A stretch of 24,000 nt of DNA from Candidatus Methylacidithermus pantelleriae (GCF_905250085.1 NZ_CAJNOB010000001.1:104624-128623), one strand, 5' to 3'. Counted from the first letter of the stretch, positions 7,886-18,080 are shown. Notes: generated by a model not told the origin, from the sequence alone. A program made the numbers and translations.

Positions 7886-9280
7886 TTGGCAAGACCAGGG
7901 TTTGCCTTAGAAGGAAGGGTGAGGCAGTTTTGCCTTGTGGAGGAACCGGAACTTTTCCCGTCGCTTGCAACGCCTAGTTTTCCTCAAGCGCCGCTGGCTC
8001 GCCGGCTTCGTCCTCGCACCTGGGACGAGGTGGTCGGACAGGACCATCTCCTTGGGCCCGGACGGCCTCTGCGGGAGCTGTGGGAAAAGGGAGCCTACCA
8101 AGCGCTTGTGTTTTTTGGCCCACCTGGTTGCGGCAAAACGACGTTTGCGGAACTTTTTGCCACCACCTCCACGGGGCCTGTAGTTCGGTTGGATGGGGCC
8201 AAGGTTATCGCCAGCGAGCTTCGCCGGGCGGTGGGGCTAGCGCATCGACAATGTGGGCTTGCTCAAAGTCCGCCGTTACTTGTGATTGATGAGATTCATC
8301 GTCTCCACCGAGACCAGCAGGAGATCCTCTTAGCCGAGCTTGAGAGGGGGATCATCCGGCTGGTGGGTGCGACACCTGTCAACCCTTGCTTCTTTTTGAC
8401 CCCGCCGCTAATCTCCCGTTGTCAGATTTTTGAGCTCGAGGCCCTCTCACTGGAAGCCCTAGGGAAGATTTTGGACCGGGCCCTCGCAGATCAAGAGCGA
8501 GGAGTTGGGAAACTAGGCCTTTGTCTTGACACGGAGGCGCGAAAGATTCTTCTCGTTGCTTGCGAGGGAGACGCCCGGAAGCTCCTCAACTGGGTCGAGA
8601 TCCTAAGCCGATGGGTTTCGGAACGCCCCGGCAGGTTGCCCAAGGAAATTGGTCGAGAGGAACTCGAAGCCATCGGGGTCAAAAAGTGGGTCCGCTACAC
8701 ACGCGATGGAGACGAGCACTACGATACGCTTTCCTCATGGATCAAATCGATCCGAGGAGGAGACCCCGACGCAGCCATCTATTGGCTAGCTCGGATGCTC
8801 AAAGGGGGCGAGGATCCTCGCTTGCTTGCCCGCCGGCTGGTGATTGCTGCCAGTGAAGACGTGGGATTAGCTGATCCCCTCGCTCTTCCTTTAGCGGTTT
8901 CAGCCTTCCACGCGATCGAGGCTGTGGGGATGCCGGAGGCTTCGCTCGCCCTGGCCGAGGCTACCTTGTATCTAGCGACCGCGCCCAAAAGTAATGCGGC
9001 CTACCGGGCGATCCAAGGAGCACTGGACGCTTGGGAAACAAAGCCTAGCCAGGAGGTTCCCTCGTGGCTGCGGGACGCCCATTTTTCTGGTGCGAAAACG
9101 CTCGGGCGGGGGACCGGGTATCTCTACAGCCACGAGTTTCCTGAGGGAGTTGCACCCCAAAGTTACGGGGTGACCCCGGGAAGTTTCTACCAGCCGACCG
9201 ATCGGGGCTACGAGAAGCTTATCCGAGAACGATTGGATCGGTGGCGGGAGCTCCGGGGGGGAGCCGCGGATCCGAGCTAG
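7886..9280 (+). CDS. rarA: Replication-associated recombination protein A (AAA+ ATPase RarA/MgsA)
   Basis: PLARRLRPRTWDEVVGQDHLLGPGRPL…LVFFGPPGCGKTTFAELFA (Walker A), LLVIDEIHRLHRDQQEILL (Walker B / sensor) and the C-terminal MgsA domain (HYDTLSSWIKSIRGGDPDAAIYWLARMLKGGEDPRLLARRLVIAASEDVGLADP). The start is uncertain: 7886 is TTG, and in-frame GTGs lie at 7919 and 7937. Confidence 0.92.
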   Translation: MARPGFALEGRVRQFCLVEEPELFPSLATPSFPQAPLARRLRPRTWDEVVGQDHLLGPGRPLRELWEKGAYQALVFFGPPGCGKTTFAELFATTSTGPVVRLDGAKVIASELRRAVGLAHRQCGLAQSPPLLVIDEIHRLHRDQQEILLAELERGIIRLVGATPVNPCFFLTPPLISRCQIFELEALSLEALGKILDRALADQERGVGKLGLCLDTEARKILLVACEGDARKLLNWVEILSRWVSERPGRLPKEIGREELEAIGVKKWVRYTRDGDEHYDTLSSWIKSIRGGDPDAAIYWLARMLKGGEDPRLLARRLVIAASEDVGLADPLALPLAVSAFHAIEAVGMPEASLALAEATLYLATAPKSNAAYRAIQGALDAWETKPSQEVPSWLRDAHFSGAKTLGRGTGYLYSHEFPEGVAPQSYGVTPGSFYQPTDRGYEKLIRERLDRWRELRGGAADPS

Positions 9281-9384
9281 AAGCGTCCCCGGAGCTGGTT
9301 ACCCATCGCACTTCCCTATGGGGCATGGAGTTAGGCTTGCAGGAAGGGGCAAACTTCGTTTTAAGAGAAAAGGTCGTAAGAGTT

Positions 9385-10218
9385 ATGCGGATCGCTTTTC
9401 TGGGTGACGTCGTCGGAGAGCCTGGCCGGCAAGCCGTCAAGGAAGCTATTGCCTGGCTTCGCGAGCAGTGGGACCCGGACTTCTTTGTAGTGAATGGGGA
9501 GAATGCTGCCGGAGGGAAAGGGATCACCCCGAGAATAGCCTACGAGCTCTTACGTTATGGCGCCGACGTCATCACGCTGGGAGATCATGCATGGGACCAA
9601 AGGGAAGTGATTCCCTTTTTTGCCGAGGAACCCCGGTTGATTCGGCCGCTCAATTATCCTCCGGGGACACCTGGTTCGGGCTTTGTGGTGGTCGAGGGAA
9701 ACGGGAAGAAACTTGCTGTGATCTCGGCGCAAGGGAGAACATTTATGGGGGTTCCCGTAGATAATCCTTTTATTTTGATCCGAGAAATTCTCCCGGAACT
9801 TCGTGCCCAAACCCCGTGTGTTCTCGTGGACTTTCACGCGGAAGCCACGTCCGAAAAGCTCGCCATGGGCTGGCATTTGGACGGGCTTGTCAGTGCGGTG
9901 GTCGGGACCCACACCCATGTCCAGACGGCCGATGACCGGGTTTTGCCCGGAGGCACGGCTTACATCACGGATGTGGGATTTTGCGGGGCTCATGATTCAG
10001 TCATTGGTCGAGAGAAACAATCCGTTATCCAGCGCTATCTTACTCTTTTGCCTACCCGGATGATCCTTGCTACCGAAGGGATCCAGGCCGACGGGGTTAT
10101 CCTGGTGATTGATGAAAAGACCGGCCGGGCGCAGAAAATTGAGCGCTTTCAGCTCCCGGTGGGGCTTCGAACGGTGGTTGGCTCCTCACTAGGAGCTTCC
10201 CAGAGCCCAGGAAATTGA
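9385..10218 (+). CDS. ymdB: YmdB-like metallophosphoesterase (TIGR00282 family, 2',3'-cyclic-nucleotide phosphodiesterase type)
   Basis: I chose the ATG at 9385. MRIAFLGDVVGEPGRQAV…DFFVVNGENAAGGKGIT…GADVITLGDHAWDQ…DFHAEATSEK…GTHTHVQTADDRVLPGGTAYITDVGFCG contains the calcineurin-like metal-binding motifs typical of YmdB. Confidence 0.87.
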   Translation: MRIAFLGDVVGEPGRQAVKEAIAWLREQWDPDFFVVNGENAAGGKGITPRIAYELLRYGADVITLGDHAWDQREVIPFFAEEPRLIRPLNYPPGTPGSGFVVVEGNGKKLAVISAQGRTFMGVPVDNPFILIREILPELRAQTPCVLVDFHAEATSEKLAMGWHLDGLVSAVVGTHTHVQTADDRVLPGGTAYITDVGFCGAHDSVIGREKQSVIQRYLTLLPTRMILATEGIQADGVILVIDEKTGRAQKIERFQLPVGLRTVVGSSLGASQSPGN

Positions 10219-10302
10219 GGGAAGCTTTTTGCTCCTTGGCAAGCTGCGGTTTCCGGGGGGCTTAGCAAGTTTTGGGGGGAGTGGCAGGAGGGTAACGCGA
10301 AG

Positions 10303-13300
10303 GTGTACTTAGAACGGATCCGGCTAGTGGGTTTTAAAAGCTTTGCGGACCCTACGGACGTGTGGCTACATCCGCGTCTGACCACCGTAGTGGGGCCCAA
10401 TGGCTGTGGAAAGAGTAACCTTTGCGAAGCCATTCGCTGGGTCTTAGGAGAACAGTCTTCCCGGGCGCTCCGGGGCCAGGAGATGGTGGATGTGATTTTC
10501 GGGGGAACGCGAAGAAGGCCCCCGCGGGCGATGGCCGAAGTAAGCTTGTTTTTCAAGGATTGTGAGGATGTTCTTGGGGAGGCTTATTCGGAACTGGTTC
10601 TGACCCGGCGGGTCTTCCGGGATGGAAAGGGACAGTACGAGATCAACCGGAAAGCCTGCCGGCTCCGGGACATCCAGTGGCTTTTCCTCAACTCGGGGCT
10701 AGGATCCCCCCACTATGCGTTTGTATCGCAGCAAGAGGTAGACAGGGTTCTTTTTTCCACTCCCCAGGAACGGAGGGAACTTTTGGAGGAGGCGGCCGGG
10801 ATTGCCCGTTACCGTTGGCAACGGGAGGATGCGGGCCGACGGCTTGAGGAAGTTCGAAAGGCGCTGGAACTTCTCGGCGAGCGGCTTTCTGAGCTTGCTT
10901 CCCAAGGGGAAGGACTTCGCCGCAAGGCTGAAAAAGCCAAGAAACGGCAGGCTCTGGAGGAAAGGATGCGGGCTCTGTCGGTCGCCTTGGCCCAGCGACT
11001 CTACTGGGATCGCCAGTCCCGGAGGCGTGCCCTCAAAGAGCGATGGCTGGAACTCCAACGAGAGGAGGAGAGACTTTTTGCCGAGGAAACCGCCTGCCAG
11101 ACCCAGTTGCGGGAACTTGGGCGGAAGCGGGAGCTTTTGCGGCAAGAGCGGGAGAGGGTTTTCCAGGATCTTCAAGAGCTCCGGGATCGGGAGGAGGAAA
11201 CCAAACGCAAGCGAAGCGAGCTAGAAAGAACCCTGGGGGAACTTCGCCAGGCCGAGGCAAGGCTAACCGAAAGGGAAAGCCAGCTCTACCGACTCCAGGA
11301 CGAGATTCGGCAGGAGCTTCTTTCCCTGGAGGAAAGGGAAAGGAAAGCCCTGGAAAAGGCAGCCGCCGTCGGAAAGCTCCCAACGGAGCTTTCCATGGAG
11401 CTGGCCTCCATCGAGCGCATCCTTGAGGAGGTGGAAGTGGAGGGAGCGGAGCTTACGCGGTTGGTCGATTGGGTGGAGGAGGAGGAACGGGTGGGGATCC
11501 AGGCGCTGGCGCGAAAGGAAGCTCACCTCGAAAAGCTCATTTTTATGGGAAAGCAATGGGACGAAAAGCGTGTGCTCCTAGAAACACGCGCTGGGGAGCT
11601 TCTGAGCCAAGAGAAAACGATCCAGGAGCTTCAGGAGAAACTCGCGAAGGAAGCGGAGTTGATCCAGAGGGAACTCAAAGCCTGGGAGAAGGAAAAGGAA
11701 GTTCTTTCGGCACGGCTTGCCCAACTCCGTGAGGAAGAAAAAGCCTTGCTCCAAGCTCAAGCGGAGCTTGACGCGCGCCAAAAGAAGGTTGCCGTGGGAA
11801 GTCCCGCGCTGCCGCAGAATCGTGGTGGCTTGCCGCCGGCAGCTTTCGGACAATGCTTTTTGGGACAAGTGTGGCAGGGGCTTGAAACGACTGTCGGTTA
11901 CGAGCGGGCGATTTATTCTCTTTTAGGCTCGTGGGCGCATGCCTGGGTTGTCCGGCAGGCCGATTGCCTCCGGGAGATTGCCTCTAGCCCCGAACGTTCC
12001 GAAGACCTTCTTTTGGGCCCATGGGTGACTTTCGATCGGGAGCATCCGGTGGAGGTACGCGACGGAAGGGAAGCAGGTTCTTTTGTGCGTTGGAAGGAAG
12101 GATGGGAAGGGCTTTCCTACCTTTTGGCCAATGCGTTTGTCGCCAAGGATTGGGAGGACGTCTTCCAGATCCAGGCACAGTTTTCGGGGGCTCGGATCGC
12201 TACCCTGGACGGGTGGGTCTGGGAAGACGGAGGTCGTCGCCTTCGGAGGGTAACGGCGGAAAACCCCTGGGGGATGGAAAAGGAAAGAGAGGAGCTTAAG
12301 CAAACGCAGGAAAAAATCCAGAGGGAGCAAGCGCAAAACCAGGAGCTTTTGGGACGGGTCCAAAGGGAGTTAGAGGACTTGGAATCGGCGATAGCGGGCC
12401 TTCGGTCCAGATTGGCAGAGATAGGTTCGGAAGGAAAAAGACTTTTGGATCGGCTGGAAGAGCTGAGCGGGGAACGGGAGCGCGTGGAAGAGGAAATTGT
12501 TTCCTTGCGCCAGAAAGAAGACCAACTGCGGAGGGAAAAAGAGGCCTCCGAGCAAACTCTCTTTTTTCTCCAAGGGGAGCTTGGACCACTGAGCTCCCTC
12601 CGGGGGGCGCTGAAACAATGGCAAGCCCGCTGGACGAAAACCAGGGAGGAGCTTATGGGCCGAAACGCAGAGGAACGCCAGAAGCGGCAACGGGAGCTCT
12701 GGGAGCGTGCTTTCTGGGAGGAAGAGTTAGGTCGCCTGCAGGACCAAAAAAGGGGGCTTTTGCAGCGTCTGGAGGGAGTTGAAAAGGCACTGGAAGAGCT
12801 AGCAGGGGAAAAAGCGCGTGTGGGTAGAAGTCTCGAAACGTCCCAAGGCGAATGGGAAAGTTGGGTGCAAGCGTTGGAGAGGGAGCTTGTGGAGCGGCGG
12901 GAGAAGGAAAAAAAGGCCAAAGAATATGAGGAGCTCGAGCAAACCCTTTGGAAAGAAGAGGAGTCCTGCCGCACGCGGTGGGAGGAATGCGAGAGACAGC
13001 GCGAGGAGCGAGGAAAGCTTCGGCACGAGCTAGATCTTGAGATGGCCAGGCAGGAAGTGTTCCTCGCGCAACTGGAAGAAGAAATCGTTAGCAAGGGCGG
13101 GAGCTTGCCCGGCGAGGCCCCCCCAGACGGGTTAGCGGCCCGTCCCGAAGCGGAACTCCAAGCGGAGCTGGTAACGGTTCGGGACCAATGGCAACGGCTG
13201 GGACCGGCCGATCCGGAGGCCGTCGAGGAACTCCAGAAGTGGGAGGAGCGCGTACGGCTTTTGGAAAGCCAAAAGGACGATCTTGTAGAAGCGCAACGGC

Positions 13301-13818
13301 TGATCGATGAGGGACTTGCCCAGATGGACCAGGAAGCCCGGAAACGGTTACAGGATACCGTGGAAGCGGCCGCAAGGGAGTTCGAAACACTCTGTAGGCG
13401 TCTGCTGGGGGGTGGTGACGCGCGGATTGAGCTTGTAGGAAGCGAGGATCCGCTAGAGGCGGGGATCGAGATTGTTGTCTCTCCGCCGGGCAAACGGCTT
13501 CGGAGTCTTTCCCTTCTTTCTGGAGGGGAACGGGCATTGGCGAGTCTTGCCTTTCTTTTTGGCCTTTCCCGCGTGCGGCCCAGTCCGGTCTGCGTCCTGG
13601 ATGAAGTGGATGCTTCGCTCGACGATGCCAATGTGGAGCGTTTTGTTTGTCTTCTTCAGGAACTTTCTTCCCAGAGCCAGCTTCTCGTCATTACCCATCA
13701 CCCCAAGTCGGTAGCCTGTGCGGACGCAGTGGTGGGGGTAACGATGGAGGAGCCCGGGGTATCCAAGCTCATCCGACTCTCCTGGGAGCCTTTGTGCGGA
13801 GAGGGGACGGGAGGATAA
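10303..13818 (+). CDS. smc: Chromosome segregation protein SMC (1171 aa)
   Basis: GTG start at 10303. N-terminal head YLERIRLVGFKSFADPT…VVGPNGCGKSNLCEAIRWVLGEQS (Walker A). Two long E/R/L/K-rich coiled-coil arms flank a hinge (…GFLGQVWQGLETTVGYERAIYSLLGSWAHAWVV…). C-terminal head with the signature LSGGERALASLAFLFGL and Walker B VCVLDEVDASLD. Confidence 0.96.
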   Translation: MYLERIRLVGFKSFADPTDVWLHPRLTTVVGPNGCGKSNLCEAIRWVLGEQSSRALRGQEMVDVIFGGTRRRPPRAMAEVSLFFKDCEDVLGEAYSELVLTRRVFRDGKGQYEINRKACRLRDIQWLFLNSGLGSPHYAFVSQQEVDRVLFSTPQERRELLEEAAGIARYRWQREDAGRRLEEVRKALELLGERLSELASQGEGLRRKAEKAKKRQALEERMRALSVALAQRLYWDRQSRRRALKERWLELQREEERLFAEETACQTQLRELGRKRELLRQERERVFQDLQELRDREEETKRKRSELERTLGELRQAEARLTERESQLYRLQDEIRQELLSLEERERKALEKAAAVGKLPTELSMELASIERILEEVEVEGAELTRLVDWVEEEERVGIQALARKEAHLEKLIFMGKQWDEKRVLLETRAGELLSQEKTIQELQEKLAKEAELIQRELKAWEKEKEVLSARLAQLREEEKALLQAQAELDARQKKVAVGSPALPQNRGGLPPAAFGQCFLGQVWQGLETTVGYERAIYSLLGSWAHAWVVRQADCLREIASSPERSEDLLLGPWVTFDREHPVEVRDGREAGSFVRWKEGWEGLSYLLANAFVAKDWEDVFQIQAQFSGARIATLDGWVWEDGGRRLRRVTAENPWGMEKEREELKQTQEKIQREQAQNQELLGRVQRELEDLESAIAGLRSRLAEIGSEGKRLLDRLEELSGERERVEEEIVSLRQKEDQLRREKEASEQTLFFLQGELGPLSSLRGALKQWQARWTKTREELMGRNAEERQKRQRELWERAFWEEELGRLQDQKRGLLQRLEGVEKALEELAGEKARVGRSLETSQGEWESWVQALERELVERREKEKKAKEYEELEQTLWKEEESCRTRWEECERQREERGKLRHELDLEMARQEVFLAQLEEEIVSKGGSLPGEAPPDGLAARPEAELQAELVTVRDQWQRLGPADPEAVEELQKWEERVRLLESQKDDLVEAQRLIDEGLAQMDQEARKRLQDTVEAAAREFETLCRRLLGGGDARIELVGSEDPLEAGIEIVVSPPGKRLRSLSLLSGGERALASLAFLFGLSRVRPSPVCVLDEVDASLDDANVERFVCLLQELSSQSQLLVITHHPKSVACADAVVGVTMEEPGVSKLIRLSWEPLCGEGTGG

Positions 13819-13874
13819 AGGGGGGTTTTTTAGCAAAAAAAGAGAATCGACACGCACGAAAGAGGACAAAAACC

Positions 13875-14741
13875 ATGGAAGAAATCGGGCGTCTCATGTA
13901 CACGGCGACCAACGTGGCCAAGGCGGCGGGGAAATTCTTGCGGCAATCCTTTGGAACGGCGGTGGACTGGACGGAGACCTCGGCGCATGATGTCAAGGTA
14001 CGTACGGACGTCGTCACGCAGGAGCTCATCGTAAGGGGGATTCTCAAGGAATATCCCGACCACCGGATTTTGGGGGAGGAAGGAATGGCGGGGGATCCCG
14101 ACGGAGAGATCGAGTGGGTGGTGGATCCTTTAGATGGGACGCTCAACTTCGCGTATGGGATTCCGCATTTTGCCGTGTCAATTGCCGCCCGGGTGACTTC
14201 CGGGCGATTCCTTTTGGGGGTGGTGTATGACCCGATCCGGGAGGAGATGTTCACCGTGATGGAAGGATCGGAGGCTTTCTTAAACGGGGAGGCGATTCAC
14301 GCAAGCAGGCGCCAAGGCTTAGAGGAGGCTGTCTGCATTGTGGGATTTGCGCGCAGCCCGGAAGGAATGAAAAAGGGACTGGAGTGGCTCCACTACTACG
14401 CTCCGCGGGTACGGAAGATCCGCCTGACCGGCTCGGCAGCGCTGGATCTTGCTTACGTGGCGGCTGGTCGCGTGGATGCCTACCTAGAGGCCGAAATCCG
14501 GCTGTGGGATATTGCGGCCGGAAGCCAGCTCGTCCTTGCGGCCGGGGGGAAACTTCGGCTGCTGCCGCTGGATTGGGAAAAACACCTTTTTTCGGTTGAG
14601 GCAACCAATGGAGCCATCCCTTTCCCCAAAGGCCCGATAGCCAACCAAGGGGAAACGGCACCGGTTGACCTAGGCAGGGGAAGGACGGCAGGCCAGATCC
14701 TCGGAAGTCTCCTTGCGAGTCCAAAGAGCAAGGATCGCTAG
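13875..14741 (+). CDS. suhB: Inositol monophosphatase family protein (SuhB-like)
   Basis: I chose the ATG at 13875, with AGAGGA 9-14 nt upstream. ILGEEG…[24 protein letters not shown]…GVVYDP…[22 protein letters not shown]…LWDIAAG are the IMPase motifs. The ~40-aa non-conserved C-terminal tail overlaps the mnmG 3' end. Confidence 0.85.
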   Translation: MEEIGRLMYTATNVAKAAGKFLRQSFGTAVDWTETSAHDVKVRTDVVTQELIVRGILKEYPDHRILGEEGMAGDPDGEIEWVVDPLDGTLNFAYGIPHFAVSIAARVTSGRFLLGVVYDPIREEMFTVMEGSEAFLNGEAIHASRRQGLEEAVCIVGFARSPEGMKKGLEWLHYYAPRVRKIRLTGSAALDLAYVAAGRVDAYLEAEIRLWDIAAGSQLVLAAGGKLRLLPLDWEKHLFSVEATNGAIPFPKGPIANQGETAPVDLGRGRTAGQILGSLLASPKSKDR

Positions 14742-16547
14742 ATCCGTTGGGTTAACCCCAGGGATCCGGGCCGCCTGACCGAGGGTTAAAGGACGGATGG
14801 TTTTTAGCTTCTGGCGGGCTTCCGTTTTCAGCCCGGGGATGCGATCAAAGTCAAGATCCGCCGGCAAGGGTCTTTCCTCCCAGGCACGGAGTCGTTCTAC
14901 CTGTTGTCGTTCCCTCTCCACGTACCCTTCGTATTTGATTTCTAGCTCCAGGGTGGTCACCACATCCTTGGGGCACCGTTGCCACTCGGCGGGAAGGTTG
15001 TGCCAGGAGAAATCCGGCCGGCGCAACCAGAGAGCCCAGGGCTGGCCCTGCCACCGCTCCTCCCAAAGTCGCCGGCGCAGGCTTTGCAGGAGTTCTTGCT
15101 TGGCTCGAACCCGCTCGAAACGCTCCCGGCTTGCCAAGCCCCATTGGTAGGCTAGGGGGGTCAGACGGAGGTCGGCGTTGTCCTGCCGGAGAGAAAGTCG
15201 AAACTCGGCCCGTGAGGTAAACATCCGGTAGGGTTCATCGGTCCCACAGGTGACAAGATCATCCACCAAAACTCCGATGTAGGCCTCGTCCCGGCGCAGG
15301 GTGACCAGGGGGAGGTTCTGCGCTTTGCGGGCAGCATTGATCCCCGCCAGAATCCCTTGAGCGGCGGCCTCCTCGTAGCCGGAGGTCCCGTTGATCTGGC
15401 CGGCAAAAAAGAGCCCTTCGATCCGTTTCGATTCTAGGGTGGGGTAGAGCTGGGTAGGGGGACAATAATCGTACTCGACCGCATAGCCGGGACGAAGGAT
15501 ATGGGCGTGCTCCAGTCCCGGAATCGTATGGAGAAACTCCTCTTGAACGTCGAGCGGAAGACTGGTGGAGCAGCCATTGACATAGTATTCCTCCGTGTGC
15601 CGTCCTTCAGGCTCAAGATAAACGATGTGACGATCCTTGCCCGCAAAGCGAACCACCTTGTCCTCAATGGAGGGACAGTACCGTGGACCGATCCCTTCGA
15701 TCCGCCCGCTGTAGAGAGGTGACTGGTGAAGGTTGCGCCGGATCACCTCGTGGGTTTCCGGGGTGGTATAGGTGATCCAGCAGGGCAATTGTTCCACGTG
15801 GAACATTCCCTCACGCCATTCGTTGAGGGTGAAAATCTCATTGGGCCCTTTTCGAAGCGTATCCACAAGATAGGAGAAGGGCTGCGGTGGCTCATCCCCC
15901 GGCTGCGCTACCACTCGGCTCCAATCAATACTTCGCGCATGAATCCTTGGAGGGGTTCCCGTCTTAAATCTCCCCACTTCGAAGCCCAGCTCGCGCAGGT
16001 GCTCGGAAAAGCCGCTCCCTTTCTCCCCCATTCTTCCCCCCGTCCCTTGCCGCATGCCCACATGGAGAAGCCCTCGCAGAAACGTTCCCGTCGTAATCAC
16101 CACCGACTTTGCCCGAAAGACTCCTCCCCAGTTTAGGCACACGCCCACCACCCGATCGCCTTGGAGGCAGAGCCTTTCCACCTCCCCCTGGATCAAATCC
16201 AGATTGGGCTGCCGCTCGCACATCGCCTTCATCCGGAACTGGTAGGCCTTTTTATCGCATTGGACCCTGGGGGCTTGAACACTGGGACCCTTGCGGGTGT
16301 TGAGCATCCGAAACTGGATACCGGTAGCATCCGCGTTGAGGCCCATCTCTCCTCCCAGGGCGTCAATCTCCCGCACCAGATGCCCCTTGCCAATCCCGCC
16401 GATGGCCGGGTTGCAGGACATCTGAGCCAGGGTGTCCAGATGTAAGGTCACCAGAACTACCCGGCACCCCATCCGCGCAGCCGCCAGAGCCGCTTCCACC
16501 CCCGCATGCCCCCCTCCGATCACAACCACATCGTATTCCTTGTCCAT
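14670..16547 (-). CDS. mnmG: tRNA uridine-5-carboxymethylaminomethyl(34) synthesis enzyme MnmG (GidA)
   Basis: I chose the ATG at 16547, with GGGAGA 6-11 nt upstream. [27 protein letters not shown] (FAD fold), [61 protein letters not shown] and the C-terminal [18 protein letters not shown] are all MnmG hallmarks. Confidence 0.96.
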   Translation of the reverse strand: MDKEYDVVVIGGGHAGVEAALAAARMGCRVVLVTLHLDTLAQMSCNPAIGGIGKGHLVREIDALGGEMGLNADATGIQFRMLNTRKGPSVQAPRVQCDKKAYQFRMKAMCERQPNLDLIQGEVERLCLQGDRVVGVCLNWGGVFRAKSVVITTGTFLRGLLHVGMRQGTGGRMGEKGSGFSEHLRELGFEVGRFKTGTPPRIHARSIDWSRVVAQPGDEPPQPFSYLVDTLRKGPNEIFTLNEWREGMFHVEQLPCWITYTTPETHEVIRRNLHQSPLYSGRIEGIGPRYCPSIEDKVVRFAGKDRHIVYLEPEGRHTEEYYVNGCSTSLPLDVQEEFLHTIPGLEHAHILRPGYAVEYDYCPPTQLYPTLESKRIEGLFFAGQINGTSGYEEAAAQGILAGINAARKAQNLPLVTLRRDEAYIGVLVDDLVTCGTDEPYRMFTSRAEFRLSLRQDNADLRLTPLAYQWGLASRERFERVRAKQELLQSLRRRLWEERWQGQPWALWLRRPDFSWHNLPAEWQRCPKDVVTTLELEIKYEGYVERERQQVERLRAWEERPLPADLDFDRIPGLKTEARQKLKTIRPLTLGQAARIPGVNPTDLAILALWTRKETSEDLACRPSPA

Positions 16548-16584
16548 ATTCTCCCTTTGTCTCCCCAGCTTTGGCCTAGAGTTT

Positions 16585-16616
16585 TGTGAATAACCCTCTG
16601 GATAACTTGTCGATAG
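16585..16616. promoter_or_regulatory. Three DnaA-box-like 9-mers in the same orientation, spaced about one helical turn apart, in the mnmG-dnaB divergent spacer
   Basis: TGTGAATAA (16585-16593), TCTGGATAA (16597-16605) and TGTCGATAG (16608-16616) compared with the consensus TGTGGATAA: 1, 1 and 2 mismatches. Start-to-start spacing is 12 and 11 bp. Confidence 0.3.
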
Positions 16617-16658
16617 CTTCCCCTTTGCCAAGGCCCCCTTCGCCCTATTCTATCGGAT

Positions 16659-18080
16659 ATGACACGAACTCCTCGCTCCCGAGCCTCCTCTCCTCCGCAA
16701 CCGGTCTCTTCCCTTTATAGCGCCGACGCGGAACGAGCCGTTCTCGGTGCCATGATCGCCCACCCCGAAACGACTCTCGATCTCGCCATGGAACGGCTCG
16801 CCCACGAGGATTTTTTTGTTCCCGCTCATCAGGAGCTTTTCCAATTGCTCCGGGACATGCACCTTCGACACCAACCCATCGATGTCGTTACGGTCCACCA
16901 AAACCTTCTCGACCGCGGACGCGCCCAAGCCCTGGGAAGCCCCGCCATCCTGGCCGAGCTCTGCTCGAGTTTTCCCACCCATCTCAACGTCAGCTCCTAT
17001 ATCCAGATCGTCAAGGATAAGAGTCTTCTTCGCCGACTCCATGAAGCCTGCAGCCGCATCGCCGACTCGATCCTCTCCGAACCCCAGCCGGTGGCCCACG
17101 TCCTCGACCAGGCCGAAGAGGCCATCTTCCGCGTCACCGGTATGGCCCTCACCCAAAATATCGTTCCGGGAGCCAAGGAAATTGCCCGAGCCATCCAGCT
17201 GGTCGATGCCTTCCGCAAGCGCAAAGGTCATCTCTTTGGCATCCCCACCGGCTTCTACCAGCTCGACCAGCTGACCACCGGCTGGCAGAAAGGAGACATG
17301 ATTGTGCTAGCGGCCCGCCCCGGGGTCGGGAAAACCGCTCTGGCCCTCACTTTTGCCCGCCACGCGCTTTCCGAGCGGTATGATCCCCAACAGGACGCCT
17401 GGGTCAAACCCGGCCACGCCGTGGGCCTTTTCAGTCTTGAGATGACCAACGCCCAGCTCATGCTCCGGCTGCTCGCTTCCGTAGCCAGCGAAAGCCTTCA
17501 GCGCATCCGGCGCGGAGAAGTCGATGATTTCCAAATGCAAAAGCTGGCCCAGATTGCGGAAGATATCAAAACCTGGCCCCTCTATCTCGATGACTCCAGC
17601 GATCTGACCATCCACCAGCTACGCGCGAAAGCCCGCCGCATGAAGCAGCAGTACGGGATCGAACTCCTCATTATCGACTATCTCCAGCTTCTCCATTCCG
17701 ACTCTCCCCAAGCCCGGGAGAACCGCCAGGTCGAAATTGCCGAAATCTCCCGCGGCATTAAGGCGCTGGCGAAAGAGCTTAACCTTCCCATTATCGTCCT
17801 GGCACAGCTCAACCGCCGGCCTGACGAGGGGCGTTGCGAACCCGCACTCCATCACCTACGGGAATCAGGGGCGATCGAGCAAGACGCCGACGTGGTTCTC
17901 CTCCTCCATCGACTTGACTCCGATGCAGAGGAAGAAAGCGATTCCTCCCCTTCCTCCCAGCTCATTCCCTACTCCCTCCACATCGCCAAACAGCGAAACG
18001 GGCCTACCGAAAAAATGGAAATCCGGTTTAATCCTGCCTACACGCGTTTTGAGGACCCGCTACGCCACCCCACCCGCTAG
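16659..18080 (+). CDS. dnaB: Replicative DNA helicase DnaB
   Basis: ATG at 16659. N-terminal domain SADAERAVLGAMIAHPE. GIPTGFYQLDQLTTGWQKGDMIVLAARPGVGKTALAL (Walker A), LIIDYLQLL (Walker B region), EISRGIKALAKELNLPIIVLAQLNR and ESGAIEQDADVVLLLHR. No intein-sized insertion. Confidence 0.96.
   Translation: MTRTPRSRASSPPQPVSSLYSADAERAVLGAMIAHPETTLDLAMERLAHEDFFVPAHQELFQLLRDMHLRHQPIDVVTVHQNLLDRGRAQALGSPAILAELCSSFPTHLNVSSYIQIVKDKSLLRRLHEACSRIADSILSEPQPVAHVLDQAEEAIFRVTGMALTQNIVPGAKEIARAIQLVDAFRKRKGHLFGIPTGFYQLDQLTTGWQKGDMIVLAARPGVGKTALALTFARHALSERYDPQQDAWVKPGHAVGLFSLEMTNAQLMLRLLASVASESLQRIRRGEVDDFQMQKLAQIAEDIKTWPLYLDDSSDLTIHQLRAKARRMKQQYGIELLIIDYLQLLHSDSPQARENRQVEIAEISRGIKALAKELNLPIIVLAQLNRRPDEGRCEPALHHLRESGAIEQDADVVLLLHRLDSDAEEESDSSPSSQLIPYSLHIAKQRNGPTEKMEIRFNPAYTRFEDPLRHPTR

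Noticed and set aside
7563-7970. 137-codon N-terminal extension of the CHASE2 ORF (ORF track 6327..7970)
   Set aside because: The extension is Pro/Arg/Ala-rich, looks non-coding and would overlap the divergent rarA start. CHASE2 proteins begin with a short tail plus a TM helix, which is exactly what the ATG at 7562 provides. Open frames of this length occur by chance in GC-rich DNA.
12117-13631. 504-aa ORF antisense to smc
   Set aside because: It is extremely Ser/Arg/Leu/Pro-rich low-complexity sequence. That is the expected mirror image of the GAG/GAA/CTG/CGG-rich coiled-coil codons of smc on the other strand. It has no start context and no recognisable domain.
13819-13874. Terminator after smc (AAAGGGGGGTTTTTTAGCAAAAAAAG)
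   Set aside because: There is a G-run/T-run and an A/T mini-palindrome but no GC-rich stem preceding the T-tract. This does not convince as an intrinsic terminator. suhB may be co-transcribed with smc.
16548-16658. Calling the mnmG-dnaB spacer a complete oriC
   Set aside because: It is only 111 bp with three imperfect boxes and no AT-rich 13-mer-like unwinding element. I kept it only as a DnaA-box-like regulatory candidate.
16650-17231. 193-aa ORF antisense to the dnaB 5' region
   Set aside because: It lies entirely within the well-supported dnaB frame. It is Gly/Asp-rich with no motif and is a typical shadow ORF.
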